A stretch of 61,210 bases of DNA, counting the filler, from Platydemus manokwari (Eukaryota): assembly GCA_037951405.1 (NCBI GenBank). It is 4 parts of 4 records of this genome, joined end to end, with 100 filler letters (N's around TTAATTAATTAA, not from the genome) between each part and the next. Parts side by side here need not be neighbours in the genome. Positions count along the whole stretch, not along the records: positions 1 to 20,701 come from JBBMOY011489194.1; 3 more parts are not named here. The stretch is one strand, 5' to 3'. Below, one piece after another: positions 1 to 12,200 of this stretch. A program made the position numbers and the translations under genes. Each line of letters starts with the position of its first letter. Position 1 is the first letter of the stretch. The notes beneath the pieces were generated by a model. The model searched no databases, was not told the DNA's origin, and worked only from the letters and a program-made list of their open reading frames with translations.

Positions 1-31
<31 letters not shown>

Positions 32-705
32 AATAATGACTACAATGATGATAATAATAATTATTATTATTATTGTTCTAATATCATTAATATCATTATA
101 TTAATACAATTTCGGTAATAATTCTTATAACAATACTAATATTATTATTATTAAACTAATAATCTTAATATTATAGTATAGTTATATATTAATAATGATT
201 ATGATAATAATAAAATAAACAATATAAATTAATCATTATAATACGGAAAAGTTTCCCATCTTTACATATATGAATTATCAGATTACTCTAATATGGGAAA
301 TATATGTCAATCTCCATGGATATCCGGGTTAGGAAGTGGACCAGTGATTTATTGAGTAATGAATGATTTTTTATTATAATAAGCCATTTATTTTATAATT
401 TCGAAGAGGATATTTTCTCCTCTTCAATCATAGGATTCGAAATCCTACAATTTTCTTACCAATGAGATTTGTTCAAAAAGTTGTGTAGGTGGCAGCGCAT
501 ATTATTGTTTGATGTAAGATTATATTTTATATTGAAGGTGAAATCATTTATTAAGGTCACACATTCATTGAGGATTTGAAGTAAAGATTTGGATTTTCAT
601 TTGCATCGACAATCATTATATAAATTATAATAATATTAATTTATATCTATGGCTTAACCTTTTGAGCATAATAATTCTCTACATATGAATAAATATTATA
701 TTGAC

Positions 706-738
<33 letters not shown>

Positions 739-774
739 GAAATCAATATATTTAAGAAAAGCATAATCTCTTAC

Positions 775-1717
775 AAGTTAATAATCTTGTATTTTCCCGA
801 AACCTTCTTCTCTGGTGACACCTCTGTTATGATTTTTGTGTCAGGTTTGCTTCGTCTGTGATTTCGAGCCGTCAAGCTGGGCTAAGAAAGAAAGTGATCG
901 ATCAAAATACATGGGAAAATATGGATAATATGAATATAATTACATGAATTGGTGATGGAATTGTAGACGAATCCGTCGTCTTCAAAAGCGAGACATCACA
1001 TGTTGGTCTATGGGTATAATCTACCAAACGTCTATAAGCAGCATGGCTTGGAGAAGTGAATATTTCCCGTGCTCCAAGAATCGCAGCTGCTTTCGACGGA
1101 ACACCGAGTTTTCCATGAGATGGTGATATAGACGAAGAAGTTGACACTGAGTTGTCATCTTCTTCCTTTTCACTGCAACTGATATTTTCTTTAATACCTA
1201 CTTCGATTGCGTTGGAATCAGTAGACAAGATATTAGGTACAATCAGCGATATTTCTCCCTCTAATGGACTTTGCTGGTGAAGTGTCGATGGATCTGAGAA
1301 GTTATTATTGCTAGGATTAAGTAAATCACCTTCTAATAAGCTCTGTGAGTCCTGGTTATCATAGATGCTTGTCAACTTTCTCACTAGATGAAGAGTGTCT
1401 GATAACGATATGGAATTAGAAGAAGAAGACACTGAGGAATCGATGTAAATACAAGATGTACTATTATCTACTTGCATACATGAGACTGGATAGTCTTCAC
1501 TCGTTTCGGTGGTGATATCATCCCAAGAAGCATGCTTTTTGCTACATCCTAAATCCTGAATGTCTTCAACCTTGCACTTTTTCTCCTGGTAATTGTGAAT
1601 AACTAATGACGGCAAAGATACCACTCTTTCCTCTGAATCGAGTGTGCCTGCAATCGGAATGAATAGGTTTGACTTGTTGACCTGAAACATTGAAGAACTA
1701 GAGACCAATCGATCCAT
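775..1717 (-). CDS. Uncharacterised Ser/acidic-rich protein, 5' exons (gene continues toward the window start)
   Basis: ORF from ATG 1717 runs 258 codons to donor CAT|GTAATT (exon 944-1717). A 62-nt intron ends cttag| and is followed by an in-frame exon 775-881 (PSLTARNHRRSKPDTK...) ending TT|GTAAG. A 20-nt microexon at 659-678 is possible. No domain recognised. Confidence 0.7.
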
Positions 1718-3274
1718 TGTAAAATGATATTTTCTTCAAAGTTCATTGATCAATTCACATACGAAAAAAAATTAAACTTGACTAGCAGCATTCATTGAGA
1801 TACTCAATTTTATCTGTTAACCAATCAAATTAAAGAGTTTGTTATCTTCTAAAACTAGATACCACTCTTCGTTGCCTGCATGTATGTGTGTCTTGCTGTC
1901 TACAATAAACAATCAAAATCCAATTTGAGTTACATTGAGGTTCAATTTATTTTACAATCCAACAGCTAGTGTCTCCTCACTTGCAACGGTATTTCGGGAG
2001 TGTGTGCCATTTCAACGGTGTGTTTTTGTGCCTGTCTGTAATATACGTATGTGTTTGTGCTTGGGTGTTATTCCGCATTCTCTATGCCAGTAACTCTCAA
2101 GGAAACAGAACTGAAAACTATGCTTCTCAAGGTACAATGGTGGACGAAAATTAAACGTCAATTGAATTTAACTTTATAAAAAACGAAACACCTCAGGCAT
2201 AAGGAGATAATTTTCATTGCTTGCCAGAGGGCAGACAAAGTTTGGTGGAGTAGAAATATTATCTAGTTTATGCTCTACGTTATTTGCTCTATAGTTTTTT
2301 TCCAGAGAAAGTCAGCTACTTCGGCTGATTCCTCTGGGATTGGAATTCAGAGTAGTCCAGTATTAACTGACAAATTTACCAAGTACTAGTGCAGCAATAT
2401 CGACGTAGAGCTGATTACAAAAATTATTGATTTACAGTTCGTCCATCTTAAAATTGATAAATATTAATTTTTATTGTTGTCGAATTTGTGACGTTGTCAG
2501 ATAAATTTTTCACACACTCAACAGTGTTTCTCTCTGTTTGTGTATGTGTGTAAAGGGTTTGTGTTCCGAATTTGGGTTTCGTTTTCTAGAATTCAGATGA
2601 ATTTATTTCAGGTGAGACAACAGTTTTGTGGATTAAAAAGTTCACAGCCAAGATTTTGCACTTGGATTTATTTGATGTTCTGATATACTTTTCAACCATG
2701 CCTTTAAAAATTTATCTATTGCACTTTATTTTTCTTTGCTGGAATTTAGATTTATCATTGGTTTTCTGGTTTACGTATCGGTTTAAATCAACATCAATTA
2801 TCGTTCTGAATGTTTTTCGTTTGAATTTGCCTTGTTTTTGACGAGTTGTTCCTATCAGACTTTGGTGGCACTGTGGGGAAAGGTTAAATCGTAGAACAGA
2901 ATCGGTAATTAGTTCAATTGAAAGGAAATAATTTATGGAATGAAAATGAATTCTATGATTGGGTTTAGCAAGTTAATTAATTACATAATAATTGTGCAAT
3001 ACAGATTGTAAATCAATAGTGAAATGGTGACAAAAAATATCGATAAATTAATGTAAGTGTATGTGCATAGGAGAAATTAATCGATGTGTGTGTGTGGGGC
3101 CACCAACTATCTATCGAGTAATATTTGAATATCACCAACACCCCCCCTACCCAGAACCAATGACAAAAACAATCGATATCAAAAAATTATCTCCAATCGA
3201 AACCAAATCAAAACACTTTAAATAAAACGAAATTATTTATTCTATTAAAAAAATATTAAATGACTAGTCCACGG

Positions 3275-3282
3275 TTTATTTA
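3275..3282 (-). promoter_or_regulatory. Candidate polyadenylation signal overlapping the Dscam stop codon
   Basis: Minus strand reads GTG TAA ATAAA, so AATAAA overlaps the TAA. Confidence 0.35.
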
Positions 3283-6200
3283 CACCACCACAAAATTATT
3301 GGTATACTTTTCATCGTCCTCCTCTTCGTCCTCCTCTTGGAGAGGATTTCTAAATGGGAACAAAGTTCCAATTCTATCATAATCCTCATTAAATCGAGTG
3401 AAATACCTGGAGGACTGGTTATAATTAAAAGTGTTTGAGTGAATAATTTGTGGTCTGTTGTCAACGGCGTCGTGAACTGATGGGACAGTCGTTCTCTGTT
3501 GACAGAGTCTCGTACTGATGGGAACTATTACTGGAGAAAATAATCAATTGTTATTGAATATTGATCAAAAATCCAAATAAAGTCGTTACCTTGCTGCTCA
3601 GGAGGTTTAGCTGTAAAATTCATGATACCAAGATCGTCTCCGCTGGAACCAGATTCGCAATACGAATCCGGTTGTATGGAATCATCGGATAAAGTGTTAA
3701 TATGTCGTGATCTGTTTATTATTGTGCTACGATTATCTCTGGCGGTGGAAGTGCCGTCTTCGTCGCGCTCTTGCAAGCGACTGGAGAACTGATTGCTTGA
3801 AATTTTATTTAGAAATTGGCCAAGTTCTTCTTTAGTAGAGCTTTCTGTATTACTAGAGCACAAGCTGGAACTCGGACGATAGGCTTCACTTTCTGCAAAT
3901 GATGCTGATATCATTGTAAGGTTTTAAATAAACGAATAAGAGTAAATAATAATGGTAATAATAATAATAATAATAATAATAGAGTTAATAATTATTATTA
4001 TTGCTATTATTATTTTCAAATTTCTGATTCTATTTAGGTTGAACCACTAAGTAACAATAATAGAGTTATTCTCATTGAAATTCGAGTATTTATACAAAAG
4101 ATCTCAATCAATTTTGATAAAAACGTTGTTACAAAAAACTGAACTTGGTTCCAACCACAAATCTGAATAAATGATACAGCTACTCCTGATTTTTATTACA
4201 ATAATCATACGAATACGATTACCCTATTCTATTCTTCATATATTGATCCAATAAGATCCTAAATAAAACACTGAACTGTATTTTAAGGAATAATACTTTA
4301 CTTAATCCAATCGTCTCTATTTGTAAGCCGCAACTATTCTGTGAATTAAACATTGAAAACGAACTGAAAGGCGTGACACCAATTTGAAAATTCTCACACC
4401 CCCCTTTAAAATATTTGATTTTCTTTTTATTCCTAATTTACTTTATATCGAATACTCTACATATGTATCTACATAAAAATCTCTAATTCTTCTATCTTCT
4501 TCGTATCCTTTTTAAATCGCCTTTATATCTTCACCATGTGACCCGCGCTACTATTTCGTACAGTTGAAGAACATCTTGATCATTCATTATAATTGACCTC
4601 GATGTCATGGTAAACTATCTTATTTAAATGATAAAGTAACGATAAAATAAAAATAACACACATCTATGTAGAGTAGTATTTGCAGTAGTTATTTATTTAC
4701 GTGTTTCCTCGTAAAGAATCACTAATCCATATATCAGGATTATCATTCCTATATGTACACAAATTAGGTAACACATGATTGTTGAATTGGTACAAATCAT
4801 GTTTAATCTTTTCATCATTGCTTTCCTTTGATTTCGCATAGATTACTGTTTCGATATGGTGATTCCAAATCAAAAACCGGGAAAAACGAATACCGCTAAC
4901 ACTTCCTAATATTTCTCACTTCTCTCAAAAATATTTAATTCTTTCAACGAAGGAAACACATGAAAATCTGTAACAAGCAATGACAGAACCATATTGTGGT
5001 AATTATATGAAAACATATTTAAATATATTAAATTATTTCGGATCAAGTGGGTCAAATATATATTATATGAGATCAGACACACGCACACACAATTCTACAG
5101 ATTCGGATCTGATGATAATGTTAAGAAATTTCGGCTTTACAACATGGTATACTTTGATATTCGACTCTATGACTATTGCTGAACATGAACGGAACAACAA
5201 AAATTCCACAATTAAATGATTTTATTAATGAAACCGAAAATTTATTAACAAAACATTATCTTGAATATATCTGAGATGGATTTTATAATATTATCAATAA
5301 TACGTAATTATATTTATTATCTACATACCTGATACCATGGGAAGTCCTCTAGCTTTCACTCTTGCTGCCTCCAGAGATGTGCTGGGATCGACTCTTACAT
5401 TTTGAGGTCTTAATGTTGATGTCGGTCGAGACTCTCCGATTGAGTAACCTTTATCATATGGACGATTAGGAATCTTGTGGGATTGATTTAAAAGGGGTGT
5501 TTTGAGATCATTTTCATAGGAGATAGCTTTGAGACCTGATGAGGGATCTGATGGCATCAAATGCTGCTGGTTATCCGTAATATCTGGATATTGATAAGAA
5601 TGTGTTTGGCTGCCAGTATATGGAACCACGTGGCGACCTGGTATATGACGGCTGGTCATGGGATCCAGTTTGGTAGCAGATTCATATGTGGCGTAAGGCT
5701 TCAGCATTTCTGCGTGAATGTAAAAGACAACTTATTGTTGATAAATCTTATATTAAATTTAGATAAATATTTTTATCCCTTCCAGGAGCTTTTATGTAAA
5801 GATTTTTCTTAATCGATTTTATCACATTTTCAAACAGACATTGATTTATATGACAATGTTAAAGAAACTCCAATAATAATAATCTAAATGATAATTGGAA
5901 ACCATAGCAACAAAGATTATTGCTGGTATTATTGATTCCTATCATCTGATAAAATATCGAATCAATCCATCAACACAGTCAATCGCTAGATATACAAATA
6001 AATCAATAAATTACCATCATCCTCATCGTCGTCCAACTTGACCGTATCTGCGATTCCTTTATCGTAGACATTGTTATTATCTGGTGGCGTCGGTAATCTG
6101 CTTTAGACATCTATTGTAAAAAAGTAAATGTAGAATAACAAATCGCGCACTTTCTGTTGCGATGGATTATAGCAGGAGTTTGCTGCAAGTTCAGTGGGGG

Positions 6201-9200
6201 TAGAGGATTGGTTGGTGGTATTGGATTGTTGATGTGGGTTGGCCGATGATTGAGAGCAAGATTTCTTCTCATACAGTATAGAATAAAACACATGAAAATC
6301 GCACCAATAGATATCAGAATGACGGATATTATTATCCATGTATAGTTATTCAAGTATGTCATTGGTTGAGAATGATTCGTGATCACATTCGGTGTATTGC
6401 CTATTTCGCGATGAAAGCAATGATAAATATTGTTATTATTATTTATTATTATTTCAATACTCGAAACAAATGCCAACGTTTTCACGTGACCCTCGGCTTT
6501 AACGGATCCATTTCGATTAAATGCTTCAATTTCGTAATAATAATCCGTATTTGGATGTAAATCCGTTACATTATAACACTGAAATATGGATCATTGATCA
6601 AAAATAATCAATAATAACGAAACATTAATTTAAATAAAATTAAAACGCAACTTATTGAAAATCTACAATAAGAAATTTAATAATAAACAATTATTATTAT
6701 AACAAAAGAATAATATAACAAATAATAATGATAATATAAAAATAATTAATAATATATGGATATAATATAATATTAATAAATAATGATTATAATAATATAT
6801 CAATAAATAATTAATATAATATCGATTTTTATAATATGAATTAATAATAATAATAATATAATAATAATTAATAATATATCGATTTTTATAATGTGAATTA
6901 ATAATAATAATATTATAATATCGAAATAATAAATAAAAAACCATACCAGATTTTCATCAAAATTTGTTCTAGTAATATTTTTTTCGATGACTCCATCCGA
7001 CTCTGGTACTCGACCCTGATTCGTTGGTTTCACTTTGACTTTAAAACGATTGGCATGACACCCTTGTCCCGGGAGAAAAGCTCCGAGAGATAAACAGATA
7101 GATCTCGGATTTTTGCTCATCACAATAAGCTTGGTATCGGGAATGATGGGTTCTGATGGGTGAATGAGAATTTAGATATTAACAGTATCAAATCGTATAA
7201 GTTAATATCAAACTTGTTCCACGAGTCCGAACGACAATCGTTGCTGGTGAACTATTTCCAGCAAAGTTCTTGGCAAAAATCTGCAATTGATATTTGCTGC
7301 CACAATCCAGATGTAATACCTTTAAGGCACGTAATGTTCGTGAGACCTCCTGTTCTCGTATTGAATTGTTGCTGAAATCTTTAACTCTAACAATGAAAGA
7401 TATAATCGGATCATTTTCTCTCGGTGATCCGGCCGATCTCCAGGATATGAATATAGAATTCGTAGATACATTGTAAAAATCAATTTTCGGTACACGAGGC
7501 ACTCCTAAATCATAATAGAGGATGCATTAAATTTAACAATATCAACAGTAGATTATCATAACAGGATGCGCCAATAAATGAAAATCCCCTTGCACCACAA
7601 CTCCCCCTAAGCAATCTATATGATAATATCGATGTTACCATGAGATACGGAGTTCAGTGAGACATTGTAATGAATCGAATCCCTTCCATCATCGACACTG
7701 CATGTATAGATGCCCTCCGATTGTGATGTTAATCGATTAATAACAATCGATTCATTGATATAATTGGAATGGATAACGGATCTTTTGAAGTACCAAGTTC
7801 TGACGACATTCGGCACAGTTTCACAATCCAACACGACAGCACTGAGGTTCCTGGCAATAATATTTGTGGAAAAACTCACAATACGAGAGGAACCTTGCGA
7901 AAGAAATGATTGTAAAGAAATATACGTTCCAGGTCAAACAAATTTACCCGGATTGATTTGATCTATGCTCGTGTAGTTGGCAGCACCAGCATGTTTCGTA
8001 AAAGCGATCACAGACAATTTGTATTGGTTATTCGGTCTCAGATCTGCAACGGATATTTTGTAACAATAATGATGTAAATAAATTTTAAAAACGCAATAAA
8101 TTCCTTTAAACAGTCTACTTATAATTGTAAGTAATGCAAAAAAGTCATTTATCTTCAGTGACATCTTGGGATTAATTGTTGAAGTTATTTTATATGCTAT
8201 TGATTATTTTTATAAATCAAAATAAGATATATTTTTCGATTTCAAGAAAATTTTTAAAATTCTATTCATTAAATAATTTTACAATCGATTTTAAATATTG
8301 ATTTCATTTTTAAAATGGTACTATTAATTAAATATAGGAGGGAAATAATAATCAATAAATATTTACCACAAATCACGTGCGTGAAATAATGATTATTGGA
8401 TTTGGCGGGAGCAACGATTGGCTGTTCAAATTGTGGTTCTATAATCCGAATATGAAATTGACGTATATTTCCATTTGGCTCGATCGGACTCATCCATGAG
8501 ACGATAGCACAAGATTCATTGATGAAAAATGCTTTAAGATTACCTGATTGAAGGTGGAAGGAGAAGAATTATAAATCATTATTATACTATCTGAATCATA
8601 ATACTTGGTGCAGTGGGAGCACCTTCATTGGTAGCGCAATATACTGTGTCAGATGGCGGCCCGAGACCTTTTTTGTTGACAACCTTTACCTGGATTGTAT
8701 AATTGGTATTCGGTGATAGTTTGTCTAATGTGTGCTTTGTTTCCGATGAAGTATCCTCAACATGATCAGGCTCTCCTTGATGATCGATACGAAAATAAAC
8801 AATTTTATATCCACTCAAAACGCCGTTGATAGAATTCCGTGGAGGAGGATTCCATTCCAATAACAATCGTGTACTCTCACTCGTACACGTCACTTGTGTG
8901 GGAGCTCTTTCGGGATCTGTATGAAACATAAAATATTACAATCAAAATAACAATTAGCTCCATTACAATCTTCCATTGTTCTTTCTTTAACGTACGCTGC
9001 TGGACCCGGCCCTGCTTCATTGACAACGACAACCCGGAAAACGTATTCGGTAAATTTCGATAAATCTGATATCAGAGATTCTGTACCATTCACGGTTTTG
9101 CAATGTGTGATCAGGAAATTTCTGGACAAAAGAAGAAACGATTAAAAACAGTTCTATATTGAAATGGTTAAAATAAGGGCAAGAGATTAAACAATATCGA

Positions 9201-12200
9201 GAATTAGTATTTTATACTTGATAATGTAATCGATATTTAAGACCAATACATATTACATAGCCATATCACTCCACAATACTAGTATTTGTGCAATACTATT
9301 TGTAACAATATGATTATCATTCCATTCAATACTCACCATTTAATCATTAAAATTAATCGATTTAAAAACCAAAGATAAATAAACAAAAATATTATTACAT
9401 TTTATAGAAATCAATAAGTTATTGGATAAAATATTCATAGAGAAATTTCGATTTTGTTCTGATTGTGACGATTTTTCTGGAGAAAGTGTATTTGAGCCTG
9501 TTGCAATATCAAGACACAACTACCAATCATTATTGGAACAATAAGTTGACATTTATATATGTGAAACAACAATTACTCATGACAGCAGCCACCACATTTC
9601 GTCCAATGACAGAAATCATCATTAAAATTCAAAACGATAAACACATGGACATGTTTTCCATGATGATAATCATGGCTTTGTCTGCCCTTTCACGGACCCT
9701 CATGCGATATTGTAGTACATTTAAGGGGGAATTAAAGGCCTCAGTGAGAAATAAGATACATCAACTTCTCACTATCACACCAACAGATGCCATGTTTAAA
9801 CACACACACACAATACAAAGTAAACATAATTGCAAACACACATTCTCACACACACACACACATTTATTCCAGATAAGAGATGACCCATCCATTATCGAAA
9901 TATATATATCCTCATTTGACATCGATAAATACAGACAGATCTATTGCTACTTGTAGATTTACATGACATTGATAAAACCATCAATAAAGAGTGACATGGA
10001 TAAATGATAATTAAAATTGAATCTATGAGCATCGATATTGTTGTGATACACATATCGATGTCAATCAGGGAAATAATGGAGATAATTGTTATTGTTGCAC
10101 GAAATATATATATCTGTTAATCGAATTATCGATTATATTGATCAAGTGACACAATATTGCATTGATATCATTATTATCGATAATTGGATTATTTGATGAC
10201 ATTTTCTATAGAGGTGAAAAATAATTAATCAACATATTTGATATGAATGGGCACATTAATACTGGATGCAAAGAGATTCTATAAAACGATACTATGAAAA
10301 ATCCTAGAAATGTTCCTAGGTATTTTCCAGATAATACTTCTAGGAATATCTAAATACTTTATTATCGCATGGATTATTTATTAAGGTAACCCCCATTAAA
10401 TAGAGAACTATAAATATATCCCTATCTCTATAAATATAGCTCCATATCTATAAACATACCCTTATATCTAAAATATATCTTCATATCTATAAATATAAAT
10501 ATATCCTGATATAAATATACCCACATATCTATAAATATACCCCTATATCTATAAATATATTCACATATTTATTTATATATTTATCCCCATCTCGATAAAT
10601 ATATCTCCATCTTTATAAATATACCCAAATATCTATATCTCCATTTTCATTAATATATCAACGTATATGTACAAACATATTTCGAAACACACATATTAGC
10701 GTGATATCAATCTTTTCTAAATCAGAGTATTAAAGTAAACCAAATATTCAATAAATTCTAATAAAGCCTACTTGCTCGTATCTTTGACTTTGATATGAGT
10801 TTCGTTATTGGGTGGCCAGGTAAGCTGGTCGAGTTTGATATCATTGGTTTTGTTGGGTCCAATTTCCAAGAAACATAATTGATAATATTTTATGTTACCA
10901 TTGACAACTAATGGATCCGGCGCATTCCATTTGATTTTGAAACTCGTTGATGAAATTGGATCAGCGGACAAATCCAAAACTGGTCCGTCAGGAACTACAT
11001 TTTATCAACATAAAATCATAATAGAGCATGTATTTGGGGGTACACCAACCTGCTTGACGAGTCATCACCGGGATTGTACGATTCAAATCACCAATACCAA
11101 CTTTGTTGACAGCACGAACGGATATTTCGTAGAGTTGGTGGGGCCGCAATGATTCTAATGATATAGTAGTTTTATTTGTTGTACTATTCCAAGATTCGGA
11201 CCCAGCGGAATATGTGACGACGTATTTAAATATAGATACCTTTCCATCGTAAATCGGAGCAGTCCATGACAGAAATATCGACCGTTCCAATGCAACGATG
11301 GTGTCTGTTTTGATTTTCACCGGACCAGGTACACCTAGGTTGGATGAAAACATTAAAAATACATTCCACCAACCCTAACAACAGCTCACCAACGACATTC
11401 AACTGAACCACATGTTCAATAGGCTGCCGATTGAAATTATTTTTCGCAACGCACTTGTATTGACCCTCATCAGTATTTTCGACTCGATCGAAAAAGAGCA
11501 ACATTTGTGTTATCTTTTTCGATTCACCGTGATTGTCAAGTTGGATATTCTGAATGAATAAACCCCAAATAACAGTGGAGTGGAATAGACACACATCCCA
11601 ATACCTGTATTATTTCCTTCCATTCATAATTCTCCTTTTTATACCATCTTATAATTAAACCATTTTTATCACCATGAACAGTACAGATAACGTTCTGTTT
11701 AGTGGATAGTTCCAATTCAATAATGTTGGGCAAATGTTTGATAGAAGCAGGCACTGAATATTGATTAAAACCAATTATAATAAATCATAACTCGCACACA
11801 CACAATATTATTGATAATAAAATTGATATAATAATATAATAATACCAACTGCTCAATAACTATTGTTTGACAAAAAAGGAAAACAAATTCACCTTTAATG
11901 AGTATATTGACCACCTTGCTAATTTTGACGGAGTGAATACTCGATTTAATAACACACATGAATCTCTGTGGATCTGTTAATTTTATATCATTGACGATCA
12001 GTTTGCCATTCGATATCTGATGGATACTAAACGCTTGAGAAATAGTGACGGGAACGAAATCCTCTGTTTGATAACCTAGAGCAAAAACCAATATTCGATG
12101 CTAACGGAATTATTCGTGCGTATCACTTACCTTTTTCGTAATACCAGGTCGTGATTGTTTTCAATTGATGAGGCTTTGCTGAACAATTCAGTATGAAACT

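Noticed and set aside
6663-6944. Ile/Tyr/Asn-rich ORFs (also 20509-20700 and 41189-41380)
   Set aside because: Translations of low-complexity or tandem repeats.
10768-10777. Possible GC-AG donor in Dscam
   Set aside because: A canonical AA|GTAGG donor gives the required phase 2.
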